A DNA stretch of 64,000 nucleotides, from NCBI GenBank assembly GCA_900322175.1, contig ONYZ01000010.1, forward strand, positions 8,835 to 72,834, read 5' to 3'. Each line of letters starts with the position of its first letter. Positions within the stretch are counted from its first letter, which is position 1. The notes under the pieces were generated by a model. That model saw nothing but the letters and a program-made list of their open reading frames with translations. It searched no databases and was not told the origin of the DNA. Shown here piece after piece: positions 1-9,738 of the stretch. The position numbers and the translations under genes were made by a program. The DNA is from an uncultured Prevotella sp. (GTDB lineage: Bacteria; Bacteroidota; Bacteroidia; Bacteroidales; Bacteroidaceae).

Positions 1-90
1 TTTCGTGCACGTTTGGCCGAAAAAATGAATAAATTGTCCTCAATTTATGTGATTTTAGCATTTTTGAGCATCAAATTTGAAGTTTTTGTG

Positions 91-352
91 TAAATTTGCA
101 GCGTGTTTCGTAAGAGACACGAATTTTATTTGCTCAACTTTTCCGCAACGAACTTGCACCTCGGACAGGGATTGAACGAGCAAACCTACTATTTAAGGAG
201 TGTACGCTTAGCAGCGTAGGCTTCGCCATTAAATAGTAGAGGCAGTGCAAGGCCTGTTGCGGAAATGGAGGGTCTGCGCTGTTTCTATGCCAAGGAGTTA
301 GTGCTGACTTTCGGAATGAGAATGTGAGTATTAACAAAATAATGAAAAGAAT
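91..352 (+). promoter_or_regulatory. Bacteroidetes -7 promoter (TAAATTTG, 91-98) followed by a ~250-nt structured 5' leader
   Basis: TAnnTTTG match; complementary pairs 140-149/256-265, 153-159/245-251, 186-196/229-239, 212-222/271-281. Confidence 0.6.
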
Positions 353-1078
353 ATGGACGTTTCCAGTATTATTCAGTTCAAAGAGTGCTTAATGCCTCTC
401 TATGCCCATATGATACAGGTCGTGCTGGATGCAGGCTTCGGATACGACACCGCCAAGTTCTGTATGCAGTGGGGCAAGGATTTTCCGCAGGGCGTGAACG
501 AGGGGCTTTTATTCTATGGCAGGGCTAACAACGGTTGGATTTCATCGTCGAACGATGTTGAAGAGCTATTTGCTGAGGGCGATGATGATTGCATCTTTGC
601 CCGTGACAATCAGATGGAGTGGATGGCGGAAGATATGGTGGGCGATTACAGACCATCGTCGTCGGCATTCATCCGCACGATTAGGAATGTCGCCAGCGAA
701 TATTATGACAACTGGTCGAGCCATGTGGCGTGGAGCAATCTCTATAAGGTGGCTCCTTGGGAGGGCGGTAATCCTAGCGACGCGTTGTGCTATGCGCAGT
801 TGGAGGACTGCAAGAAGATTATGCAGAAAGAATTAGCATTCACTTCACCCCGTGCCGTCGTCATGCTGACGGGCTATTATTGGGCGAAGGATTTCTTGGA
901 ATACATGAACGATGGGCAGGAGCCGGATTGCATAGGCTGTGAGAAATGGGGTGGTTATGAAGCATGGGCTTACCGCCTCGACGGACGGCTCTTCATAGTG
1001 TCGGAGCATCCGCAGGGGAAACCAGAAGCGGCTCATGCCGAAGCTATTGTAAAATTGATAGAAAGTAATAGTAACTAA
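353..1078 (+). CDS. Uracil-DNA glycosylase-like superfamily protein
   Basis: 241 aa; WSNLYKV...GNP, PRAVVMLTG and C-terminal SEHPQGKP motifs resemble the UDG fold. Confidence 0.55.
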   Translation: MDVSSIIQFKECLMPLYAHMIQVVLDAGFGYDTAKFCMQWGKDFPQGVNEGLLFYGRANNGWISSSNDVEELFAEGDDDCIFARDNQMEWMAEDMVGDYRPSSSAFIRTIRNVASEYYDNWSSHVAWSNLYKVAPWEGGNPSDALCYAQLEDCKKIMQKELAFTSPRAVVMLTGYYWAKDFLEYMNDGQEPDCIGCEKWGGYEAWAYRLDGRLFIVSEHPQGKPEAAHAEAIVKLIESNSN

Positions 1079-1084
1079 AACCAA

Positions 1085-1570
1085 ATGAGTATGAAGTACA
1101 AAATTTTAATCATGGCCGTCCTGATGATTGGAGGCCTCAGTCTCCTTTCGTGCAATCAACAGGGGAAGTCACAACAGGCAGAAGAAACGACGGGAAATGA
1201 AGAAGCCGCTGTTGAAGAAGATGATGTAATAGTAAGCAAAGACAAAGACTGGAGTGAGCGTGTCATTGTATTCAAAGAAAATGAGTCAACAGATACTTTA
1301 ACACTTTATCGTGACGGAACTGCAACGAATAATGTATCATCTAATATCGTTGGTAATTATTCATTGAAAGGTTACTGGGAACTTGGCTCTTTCAATAGGG
1401 GCGATATGCAATTCCCGGCAATAAAAGTGAACTTTAGTACTGAGTATTCCAGCATTGTTTACTTTATGGAAGCAAATGTGCATGAAGGAGATTTTGTATA
1501 TAGAAAATTTGAGAGCATGCTCAGGAAAACAGGTGGGTACGAAATTATACTTGAGGAGGTCTACAGATAG
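1085..1570 (+). CDS. Hypothetical lipoprotein
   Basis: Signal peptide ending LLSC, then an acidic linker. Confidence 0.75.
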   Translation: MSMKYKILIMAVLMIGGLSLLSCNQQGKSQQAEETTGNEEAAVEEDDVIVSKDKDWSERVIVFKENESTDTLTLYRDGTATNNVSSNIVGNYSLKGYWELGSFNRGDMQFPAIKVNFSTEYSSIVYFMEANVHEGDFVYRKFESMLRKTGGYEIILEEVYR

Positions 1571-1636
1571 TTGAATCAAAGATTCCGTACAGCCAAATTT
1601 GAAATCAAAGCTCCGTTGAGAGTGTTCATCTTTGAC

Positions 1637-1705
1637 ATGACTGAGCCAGACAAACCTAATAGTAAGAACCAGAAATATCGGAAAGTAATCTCTGGCCGCT
1701 CTTAG
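1637..1705 (+). pseudogene. Remnant C-terminal winged-helix tail of a Fic/ATP-binding regulator-type protein
   Basis: Translates MTEPDKPNSKNQKYRK, matching the MTxPDKPxSxxQKYR C-terminal signature; no upstream gene body. Confidence 0.5.
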
Positions 1706-1726
1706 ATTCTAGATAAGCACGTTTTC

Positions 1727-1766
1727 AAAAAATTCTGCGTAATCTATCGACTATGCAGATTTTTTT
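1727..1766 (+). terminator. Rho-independent terminator
   Basis: TCTGCGTA/TATGCAGA stem plus T-run. Confidence 0.5.
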
Positions 1767-1901
1767 GTTTATAAAAACAGGTTTATTGTTTATCGATTAA
1801 CCTTTATTAACCGTATATCATATACAACTTATTAATTTTTCGTATATTTGCGCCAAATATTACTAAACGATTAAACAATACTAATTTAACCTATTACGAT
1901 T

Positions 1902-3887
1902 ATGAAAAGAAGAAGTAATTTTGGAATTATAGTGATTGTAGCCAGCATATTGGGCACAATAGCACTATCGTCATGTAGTCATGAGGATTATTACTACAAC
2001 GAGGAAAAAGTAGAACAGGGTGTAAACAAGAAGTATGCTGAAGCTTTTGAGAAAGCATTTGGTAGGGTTGCACCTAATGTAGACTGGGGATTCAGCAGTA
2101 AGCATGCCAATGCGCGTGCCCTTACCCGTGCTGTGGGCACATACTCTTCGTACAAAGGCAACATGCAGCCCACAATTTCATTCCCATCAGATTGTGATGC
2201 CAGCAATTTATTGGATGCAGTACCAGAGGGTGTTAACAAACTGTTTCCAAATGGAGCTGGAGCTGGTTCTTATTACATTGATGCGGAAACACAATCCGTT
2301 TCCACATGGACGGGTGCTAGCAAGATTTATGTAACAGGTACTGTTGATTTGTCAAATGGAGACACTGATGTCACAGCGCCAAAATTTGCTCCAGACTATA
2401 GATCAGAAATCTATCTGCTCACTGGAGCCACATTAAAGTTAGCCGAACTTAGCGCCACCAATTTCAACGTTGCAGCCATTTATATTGCAGAAGGTGCAAC
2501 ACTTGAAACTGCTGGTCTCCTCAAGGCTAATAATAGCACAAAGGTGTACAATCATGGAACCATCCGTGTTGGCACTTTCGAAGTTAACACAACCAGTTTC
2601 CTCTATAATGTAGGTACACTTGAAGCTGGAAGTGTGAATGCCGAGAGTAATAATAGCAGAATCGTAAACGATGGCACAATTAATGCTGCTACTGTTGTAG
2701 TGAATGCAGGTGCAGTAGAAAATAATGCTGAATGGAACGTTACAGGCACCACAAAGGTAAACAGCAACAATTCTGGTTGGGTAAACAATGGACATTGGAT
2801 TACTTATGACTATGCTTACATCGGCGGAAGCGAGAATGTGATCAACAACTGTCTGCTTGAGGTAACTCACGACTTCGAAATGAACATCTCGTCAGCACAA
2901 GGAGCATTTAAGATTGATACTGGTTGTGGCGTATTGGCAGAGAACTTCTATGGAGGTAGGGATTCAAGCACAGGTGCCATTTCTGGTCCATTCAAAATCA
3001 TGATGGGTAAGGATGCTGTGTTTGTAGTCGCTAATAAAGCTCAGTTTGAGTCTGGACGCGGGGACGAAGAAGGATTTGGAATCTTTGGCATCTCTCCAGA
3101 TGGATATGCTGTATTCCAGGCTAAGGATATCGTCAGAGACTCATATCTTGCCAGCATAAACAGTCATGGTGCAGTGACCTATGGCGGCAACCTGTACGTT
3201 TCGGCCGAGACGCATTTTGCACAGGGATATGACAGCGACGGTAGTGGCTCTGTCGAACCCAAACCGTTTATTTATGAGAAAGACGGTTTCAGCATAGCCA
3301 ACAATATTTATGCTGCAGGATTCCAGTCGGGCAAGCCCAATATCGACATTCCAGAGTCACCATGCAACCCAGGCTTTATCGGTGGTGGCGGCAGCACCCC
3401 ACTCTATCGCGTGATTGCTGAGGACCTGTCGGCATCAGAGGCTGGCGACTTCGACTTCAACGATGTAGTATTCGATATAGTGAAGGCAGAAGGTGGCAAA
3501 ACCACACTGAAACTGATCTGTGCAGGCGGTACGCTTCCGCTGAAAGTCATGGGAATAGAGGTTCACGGTCTGTTCGGAGAAACGACTCCCAACGCAAATG
3601 GTGCATACAAGATGTACAACACTGGTGCAGGTCCTAATGTAGACCCAGTTGAATTTGAAGTTGATGGCGAGTTCACAACTCCTGAAGAGATAAAGAACAT
3701 CAAGATTGAGGTACTGAAGAACGAATCATGGATGGAGCTGAAAGCCACTAGAGGCGAGGCTGCATGTAAGATATTAGTTGACGACACATTCGTACCAGTG
3801 CCAGAGAGAAAGAATATAGCTAACGAGTATAATAGATTCACCAACTACGTACAAGGTATATTCGTAGACGATTTCTGGTGGAAATAG
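1902..3887 (+). CDS. Surface lipoprotein with an Asn/Gly-rich beta-helix-like middle and a LruC/DUF4842-like C-terminal domain
   Basis: Lipobox LSSC; repeated N-x-G-T-I turns; AEDL...DFDFNDVVF motif; upstream TATATTTG promoter. Confidence 0.7.
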   Translation: MKRRSNFGIIVIVASILGTIALSSCSHEDYYYNEEKVEQGVNKKYAEAFEKAFGRVAPNVDWGFSSKHANARALTRAVGTYSSYKGNMQPTISFPSDCDASNLLDAVPEGVNKLFPNGAGAGSYYIDAETQSVSTWTGASKIYVTGTVDLSNGDTDVTAPKFAPDYRSEIYLLTGATLKLAELSATNFNVAAIYIAEGATLETAGLLKANNSTKVYNHGTIRVGTFEVNTTSFLYNVGTLEAGSVNAESNNSRIVNDGTINAATVVVNAGAVENNAEWNVTGTTKVNSNNSGWVNNGHWITYDYAYIGGSENVINNCLLEVTHDFEMNISSAQGAFKIDTGCGVLAENFYGGRDSSTGAISGPFKIMMGKDAVFVVANKAQFESGRGDEEGFGIFGISPDGYAVFQAKDIVRDSYLASINSHGAVTYGGNLYVSAETHFAQGYDSDGSGSVEPKPFIYEKDGFSIANNIYAAGFQSGKPNIDIPESPCNPGFIGGGGSTPLYRVIAEDLSASEAGDFDFNDVVFDIVKAEGGKTTLKLICAGGTLPLKVMGIEVHGLFGETTPNANGAYKMYNTGAGPNVDPVEFEVDGEFTTPEEIKNIKIEVLKNESWMELKATRGEAACKILVDDTFVPVPERKNIANEYNRFTNYVQGIFVDDFWWK

Positions 3888-3915
3888 TCACACCTCATTC
3901 TTATTATATTACAAA

Positions 3916-3946
3916 GGGCTCGCTTAGTAGCGAGCCCCGTTTTTTT
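3916..3946 (+). terminator. Rho-independent terminator between convergent genes
   Basis: GGGCTCGCT/AGCGAGCCC stem plus T7. Confidence 0.8.
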
Positions 3947-3948
3947 AT

Positions 3949-4683
3949 TCACTCATAATGACGTATGCGAACATCTATGCCAGTGCCCTTGAGGGCGGCA
4001 GGGATGTTGCTAAGGTCGGTCTGACCATAGTGATAAGGGAACAGCACACGTGGCTTGATAACCTTAGCTGCACGGATAAGCTGCTCAGGAGTCATAGTAA
4101 ACGGTTGGTTGCAAGGCAGGAATGCAATGTCGATATCCTTGATAGCCGACATCTCTGGAATATCCTCAGTATCGCCTGCAATGTAGATACGCAGACCGTC
4201 GATAGTCAGGATATAACCATTGTCGCGCCCCTTGGGGTGGAACTGCTCGCGACCTGGAGTAGAGTTATAGGCCGCAACAGCCTCGACAGTGATAGCACCC
4301 AACTGCAACTTATCGCCGTTTGCCATCACCTTTCCAGAGCCATACATATCAGCACAACGCTTGTTCATAACCAGCTGAGTCTTATCAGCCGACAGAAGCT
4401 TTAGCGCAGCAGCATCGTAGTGGTCGGCATGCTCGTGAGTCACGAAGATATAGTCGGCCTTGGGCATAGAGGCATAATCGACAGTACGCTCACGAAGTCG
4501 CGATACAGGGTCGATCTGTATCTCCTGCCCATCGTACTGGATACGGATGCACGAGTGCATCAGGGCATGAAACTTAACTGTCTTACCAGAGGCAGTAGTA
4601 AACTCGTCGACCTCGTATGTCGACTGGCCGCAGGCTGTAGTTAGCCCTAACGTGGCCATTATGCACAACAAAATCTTCTTCAT
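3949..4683 (-). CDS. MBL-fold metallo-hydrolase (lipoprotein-like signal)
   Basis: THEHADH, IAGDT and PYHY motifs; N-terminal LTTAC. Confidence 0.85.
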   Translation of the reverse strand: MKKILLCIMATLGLTTACGQSTYEVDEFTTASGKTVKFHALMHSCIRIQYDGQEIQIDPVSRLRERTVDYASMPKADYIFVTHEHADHYDAAALKLLSADKTQLVMNKRCADMYGSGKVMANGDKLQLGAITVEAVAAYNSTPGREQFHPKGRDNGYILTIDGLRIYIAGDTEDIPEMSAIKDIDIAFLPCNQPFTMTPEQLIRAAKVIKPRVLFPYHYGQTDLSNIPAALKGTGIDVRIRHYE

Positions 4684-4851
4684 TACACCTTATTATATAT
4701 ATAGACGGCGCAAAAATACGATAAATATGCGAAACATCCAAAGTAATGAAAGAAAAAAATGATTTTTGGAGCGAGAATTTTGGAGGATTGAAAAAAAAGG
4801 GTTAACTTTGCAACCCGTAAAGTACTTTTAATCAACAACAGCGAACAGACA

Positions 4852-6150
4852 ATGATTTGGAATGAAACAATGGAGTGCATGGATCGCGAGCAGCTTCGCG
4901 AAATCCAAAGCCAGCGCCTAGTAAAAATGGCAGAGTATGTATATTACAACACCCCCTTCTACCGAAAGAAGTTTCAGGAGATGGGGCTGGAACCAGGCGA
5001 TATCAAGAGTATCGACGACATCACCAAACTGCCATTTACCAACAAGCTGGACCTCCGCGACAACTACCCCTTTGGACTGGCTGCCGTGCCAATGAGTCAG
5101 ATAGTACGTATCCACGCCTCATCAGGTACCACAGGTAAGCCAGTAGTAGTACTTTACACCCGCAAAGACCTCGCAATGTGGAGCGAAGCCATCAGTCGCG
5201 CCTTTACAGCATACGGTGCTGGTAAGGACGATATCTTCCAGGTTGCTTACGGATACGGCCTGTTTACAGGAGGACTTGGTGCTCACGATGGAGCTACAAA
5301 CATCGGAGCATCTGTAATCCCCATCTCATCAGGCAACACCCAGAAGCAGATGACACTGATGCACGACTTTGGCACCACCATCCTGTGCTGCACACCTAGT
5401 TACGCTATGTTCCTGGGCGAGGCCATGAAGGAGTGCCCATGGAGCCGCGATGAATTCAAGCTTAAGGTGGGCGTGTTTGGTGCAGAGCCCTGGACGGAGA
5501 AGATGCGCAAGAAGCTTGAAGAGAGTCTGGGCATCAAGGCATACGACATCTACGGACTGAGCGAGATAGCCGGTCCTGGTGTAGGCTATGAGTGCGAGCA
5601 CCAGTGCGGCACACACCTTAACGAGGACCTGTTCTATCCAGAGATACTCGACCCAAAAACTGGCGAGCCATTGCCTGAGGGACAGTTTGGCGAGTTGACA
5701 TTTACCCACCTTACCAAGGAGGGAATGCCCCTACTCCGCTATCGCACCCATGACCTGACAGCCCTGCACTACGACAAGTGTAAGTGCGGACGCACACTGG
5801 TGCGCATGGACCGCATCCTGGGTCGTTGCGACGATATGCTCATCATCCGTGGTGTAAACGTATTCCCATCGCAGATAGAGGATGTAATCCTAAAGTTGCC
5901 TGAGTACGAGCCACACTTCCTGCTGACAGTAGACCGTGTGAACAACACTGACACATCAGAGCTTAAGGTAGAGGTGAAGGAAGAGTACTTCACCGACGAC
6001 ATGGCCACGATGGTTGGTCTGCAGAAGAAGCTGGAAGGCGAACTGCGCAGCGTGATAGGTCTGGGATTCAAGGTTAAGTTGGTTGAGCCAAAGGGTATAG
6101 AGCGCTCTGAGGGCAAGGCCAAACGCGTGATCGACAAACGTAACATTTAA
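4852..6150 (+). CDS. paaK: Phenylacetate-CoA ligase
   Basis: HASSGTTGKP, YGLSEIAGPG, LLRYRT and GKAKRVID motifs. Confidence 0.9.
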   Translation: MIWNETMECMDREQLREIQSQRLVKMAEYVYYNTPFYRKKFQEMGLEPGDIKSIDDITKLPFTNKLDLRDNYPFGLAAVPMSQIVRIHASSGTTGKPVVVLYTRKDLAMWSEAISRAFTAYGAGKDDIFQVAYGYGLFTGGLGAHDGATNIGASVIPISSGNTQKQMTLMHDFGTTILCCTPSYAMFLGEAMKECPWSRDEFKLKVGVFGAEPWTEKMRKKLEESLGIKAYDIYGLSEIAGPGVGYECEHQCGTHLNEDLFYPEILDPKTGEPLPEGQFGELTFTHLTKEGMPLLRYRTHDLTALHYDKCKCGRTLVRMDRILGRCDDMLIIRGVNVFPSQIEDVILKLPEYEPHFLLTVDRVNNTDTSELKVEVKEEYFTDDMATMVGLQKKLEGELRSVIGLGFKVKLVEPKGIERSEGKAKRVIDKRNI

Positions 6151-6165
6151 AAATACAATCGAATT

Positions 6166-6591
6166 ATGAAGACTAAGCAACTTTCAATTTTCCTTGAGAA
6201 CAAGTCAGGCCGACTTACTGAGGTGACTGATGTTCTTGGTGCAGCAGGTATTAACCTTTCGGCCATGAGTATCGCCGACAATAGCGACTTTGGTATCCTG
6301 CGCTGTATCGTGTCTGATCCAGACAAGGCTTATAAGGTACTAAAGGAGCAGCACTTTGCAGTAAAGATCACAGATGTTATCGGATTTGTATGTCCTAACA
6401 CCAGTGGTTCGCTGGCCATCGTGCTCAGGCACCTCTCAGAGAATGGTGTTTTCATAGAATATATGTACTCGTTTGCCAATGGCGACGTAGCAACAGTGGT
6501 GATTCGTCCAACAGATCTTGATGCCTGCGAAAAGATACTTGCAGACAAAAAAGTGGAGCTGATGGCGGCAAATGACCTCTATCAACTATAA
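6166..6591 (+). CDS. ACT-domain amino acid-binding protein
   Basis: QLSIFLENKSGRL...INLSAMSIADNSDFGILR; usual partner of paaK. Confidence 0.85.
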   Translation: MKTKQLSIFLENKSGRLTEVTDVLGAAGINLSAMSIADNSDFGILRCIVSDPDKAYKVLKEQHFAVKITDVIGFVCPNTSGSLAIVLRHLSENGVFIEYMYSFANGDVATVVIRPTDLDACEKILADKKVELMAANDLYQL

Positions 6592-6679
6592 AAAATGCAA
6601 GAAACTGCAAAATTTCTCGGTAAAAATTTTGCAGTTTCATTTTTTATTCGTACCTTTGCACCCGCAAACAATAAAACAA

Positions 6680-6754
6680 GGGCGTTTAGCTCAGCTGGTT
6701 TAGAGCATCTGCCTTACAAGCAGAGGGTCGGCGGTTCGAATCCGTCAACGCCCA
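6680..6754 (+). tRNA. tRNA-Val(TAC)
   Basis: GGGCGTT/AACGCCC acceptor stem; TCTGC-CTTACAA-GCAGA anticodon arm; GGTTCGAATCC T-arm. Confidence 0.95.
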
Positions 6755-6860
6755 CAACACAAAAAGCTCGTTCCGCAGCCGATGAGGTTGCGGTTTTGAG
6801 TAAAAAAGGGAGGAGTGAAAGTATAGAATTATCGATAATTTATAGGAATATTTAAAAACA

Positions 6861-8207
6861 ATGGATTTAAGTTTATTAACAGCCATCTCGCCTATTGATG
6901 GCCGATACAGAAGTAAGACCGAACCGTTGGCAGAGTACTTTTCTGAGTACGCACTTATCCGATACAGGGTACGCGTAGAGATTGAGTATTTCATCACACT
7001 TTGTGAACTACCATTGCCTCAACTTCAGGGTATCAACCATGCATTATTCGATCAGCTTCGCGACATCTACCGTAACTTTACACCCGCTGATGCTCAGCGT
7101 GTAAAGGACATCGAGTCGATAACGAATCATGACGTTAAGGCCGTAGAGTACTTCATCAAGGAGAAACTCGACGCTATGGGTGGTTTCGAAAGCTACAAGG
7201 AGTTTATCCACTTCGGACTGACATCTCAGGACATCAACAACACCAGCGTGCCCCTGTCTATCAAGGAGGCACTCGAAAACGTGTACTACCCTATGGTAGA
7301 GGAACTCATTGAGCAGCTTCACGACTATGCCGAGCAGTGGAAGAACATCCCAATGCTGGCCAAGACCCACGGACAGCCTGCATCACCTACCCGTTTGGGC
7401 AAGGAGGTTATGGTGTACGTTTACCGTCTGGAGGAGCAGTTGCGTGGCCTTAAGGAGACACCTATCACAGCCAAGTTTGGTGGTGCTACTGGTAACTACA
7501 ATGCTCACCACGTAGCTTATCCACAGTACGACTGGCGCGAGTTTGGCAACTCGTTCGTAAGCGAGAAACTGGGACTGGAGCGCGAGCAGTACACCACTCA
7601 GATTTCCAACTACGACTGGCTTGGTGCCATCTTCGACGCTATGCGCCGCATCAACACCATCGTCATCGACCTGGATCGCGACTTCTGGATGTATATATCG
7701 ATGGACTACTTCAAACAGAAGATTAAGAAGGGCGAAGTTGGTTCGAGCGCTATGCCACACAAGGTGAACCCTATCGACTACGAGAACTCAGAGGGTAACC
7801 TGGGTATCGCAAATGCCATACTGCAGTTTCTGGCAGCAAAACTGCCTGTAAGCCGTCTGCAGCGCGACCTTACAGACTCTACCGTTCTGCGAAACGTGGG
7901 TGTACCTATGGGCCATGCCGTAATCGCATTCCAGAGCACACTTAAGGGACTGCGCAAGCTCATCCTCAACGAGGAGAAACTGCAGGAAGACCTGGATAAC
8001 ACATGGGCAGTAGTAGCCGAGGCTATACAGACAATTCTGCGCCGCGAGGCCTACCCCAACCCATACGAGACACTGAAGGCCCTGACCCGCACCAACGAGA
8101 AGTTGACTGGTGAGAAGATCAAGAACTTCATCGAGACTCTCGAAGTAAGCGAAGAAGTAAAGGAAGAGCTGCGTGCCATAAGCCCATCTACATATACAGG
8201 TATTTAA
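6861..8207 (+). CDS. purB: Adenylosuccinate lyase
   Basis: ISPIDGRY, TNHDVKAVEY and SSAMPHKVNPIDYEN signature. Confidence 0.95.
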   Translation: MDLSLLTAISPIDGRYRSKTEPLAEYFSEYALIRYRVRVEIEYFITLCELPLPQLQGINHALFDQLRDIYRNFTPADAQRVKDIESITNHDVKAVEYFIKEKLDAMGGFESYKEFIHFGLTSQDINNTSVPLSIKEALENVYYPMVEELIEQLHDYAEQWKNIPMLAKTHGQPASPTRLGKEVMVYVYRLEEQLRGLKETPITAKFGGATGNYNAHHVAYPQYDWREFGNSFVSEKLGLEREQYTTQISNYDWLGAIFDAMRRINTIVIDLDRDFWMYISMDYFKQKIKKGEVGSSAMPHKVNPIDYENSEGNLGIANAILQFLAAKLPVSRLQRDLTDSTVLRNVGVPMGHAVIAFQSTLKGLRKLILNEEKLQEDLDNTWAVVAEAIQTILRREAYPNPYETLKALTRTNEKLTGEKIKNFIETLEVSEEVKEELRAISPSTYTGI

Positions 8208-8260
8208 CTTTTATACATTATATTATATAGTCATTAATAACATTTTAAATTATACAACAC

Positions 8261-9676
8261 ATGGATTTCGAAAACAACGAGAAGAAGCAGGAAGAGACCT
8301 CACAGGATAGCACTCAGAGAGAGTATCGTCCAGGTCGTTCACCACGTCCACGTATTCACGCAGCTGCAGTACGCCCAGGTAGTTACGAGCGTCCCAGCTA
8401 TCGCAATAAAAACGATGAAGGCGAGTTCCGTCCAGAGGGATTCGGCGCAGGACTTCAGAGCAATGCTCCACAGCGCCCACAGGGTGGCTATCGCCCACGC
8501 AGCAACTATGGCGAGGGTGGTTACCAGCAGCGCTCAAATAGCGAGTACGGTCAGTCAAGAAGTGGTTATGGCCGTCCTCAGCAGGGTGGTTATAGCCGTC
8601 CACAGCAAAATAGTGAGTATGGTCAGCCACGCAGTGGTTATGGTCGTCCTCAGCAGGGTGGTTATGGCCGTCCACAGCAAAATAGTGAGTATGGTCAGCC
8701 ACGCAGTGGCTATGGTCGTCCTCAGCAGGGTGGCTATGGTCGTCCACAGCAGGGTGGTTATGGTCGTCCTCAGCAGGGTGGTTATGGTCGTCCTCAGCAG
8801 GGTGGCTACGGTCGTCCTCAGCAGGGTGGCTATGGTAAGCCTTATGGAGCATCTTCTTACAAGAAGGGTCCACGTCAGCACTCAGCCGACTACGATCCAA
8901 ATGCAAAGTACTCAATGAAGAAGCGCATAGAGTACAAGGAGATTAACTACGATCCAAACGAGCCACTTCGTCTTAACAAGTTCCTGGCCAATGCAGGTAT
9001 CTGCAGTCGTCGTGAGGCTGATGAGTTCATCCAGGCAGGTGTAGTAACCGTCAATGGCGAGGTAGTAACAGAGCTGGGAACAAAGATTCTGCGCACTGAC
9101 GTAGTTAAGTTCCACGATCAGCCTGTAACCATTGAGAAGAAGGTTTACGTACTGCTCAACAAGCCAAAGGACTACGTTACTACAAGCGACGATCCCCAGC
9201 AGCGTAAGACTGTAATGGATCTAGTGAAGAACGCTTGCACAGAGCGCATCTACCCAGTAGGCCGTCTGGACCGTAACACCACTGGTGTGCTTCTGCTCAC
9301 CAACGATGGCGATCTGGCTTCTAAGCTTACACATCCTAAGTATCTCAAGAAGAAGATTTATCACGTATACCTCGATAAGAACGTAACGGCTCACGATCTT
9401 AGCCAGATTACCGAGGGCATTCAGCTTGAGGACGGTGTGATCAAGGCCGACGACGTACAGTATGCACACCCAACAGACAAGAAGCAGGTTGGCATCGAGA
9501 TTCACTCTGGCAAGAACCGTATCGTTCGCCGTATCTTCGAGAGCCTGGGCTATCGCGTTCAGAAGCTCGACCGTGTACAGTTCGCTGGTCTTACCAAGAA
9601 GAACCTGAAGCGTGGCGACTGGCGCTACCTCACTGAGGAGGAAGTTGACCGTCTGCGCATGGGTGCTTACGAGTAA
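8261..9676 (+). CDS. rluB: RsuA/RluB-family rRNA pseudouridine synthase with S4 domain and a low-complexity N-terminus
   Basis: RLNKFLANAGICSRREAD (S4) and catalytic YPVGRLDRNTTG. Confidence 0.8.
   Translation: MDFENNEKKQEETSQDSTQREYRPGRSPRPRIHAAAVRPGSYERPSYRNKNDEGEFRPEGFGAGLQSNAPQRPQGGYRPRSNYGEGGYQQRSNSEYGQSRSGYGRPQQGGYSRPQQNSEYGQPRSGYGRPQQGGYGRPQQNSEYGQPRSGYGRPQQGGYGRPQQGGYGRPQQGGYGRPQQGGYGRPQQGGYGKPYGASSYKKGPRQHSADYDPNAKYSMKKRIEYKEINYDPNEPLRLNKFLANAGICSRREADEFIQAGVVTVNGEVVTELGTKILRTDVVKFHDQPVTIEKKVYVLLNKPKDYVTTSDDPQQRKTVMDLVKNACTERIYPVGRLDRNTTGVLLLTNDGDLASKLTHPKYLKKKIYHVYLDKNVTAHDLSQITEGIQLEDGVIKADDVQYAHPTDKKQVGIEIHSGKNRIVRRIFESLGYRVQKLDRVQFAGLTKKNLKRGDWRYLTEEEVDRLRMGAYE
8540..8836 (+). 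repeat. Coding tandem repeats: 24-nt GGYGRPQQ units plus 60-nt higher-order units
   Basis: Repeated GGTCGTCCTCAGCAGGGTGG(T/C)TA with synonymous variation. Confidence 0.9.
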
Positions 9677-9738
9677 GACTCTCCCCCCGCCCCTCCCTGG
9701 AGGGAGGGGAGTGATTAGTTATTAATATTGGTGTAAAA

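Noticed and set aside
6595..6997. ORFs 6595-6855 (+) and 6686-6997 (-)
   Set aside because: They overlap tRNA-Val and purB; no protein-like features
8250..8918. His/Asp-rich and Val-rich repeat ORFs, or a CRISPR-like array
   Set aside because: Alternative frames of the rluB coding repeat; units are contiguous with no unique spacers and there are no cas genes
9678..9712. CCCTCCC/GGGAGGG hairpin after rluB as a terminator or mobile repeat
   Set aside because: No T-run and only one copy in the window; cannot be classified
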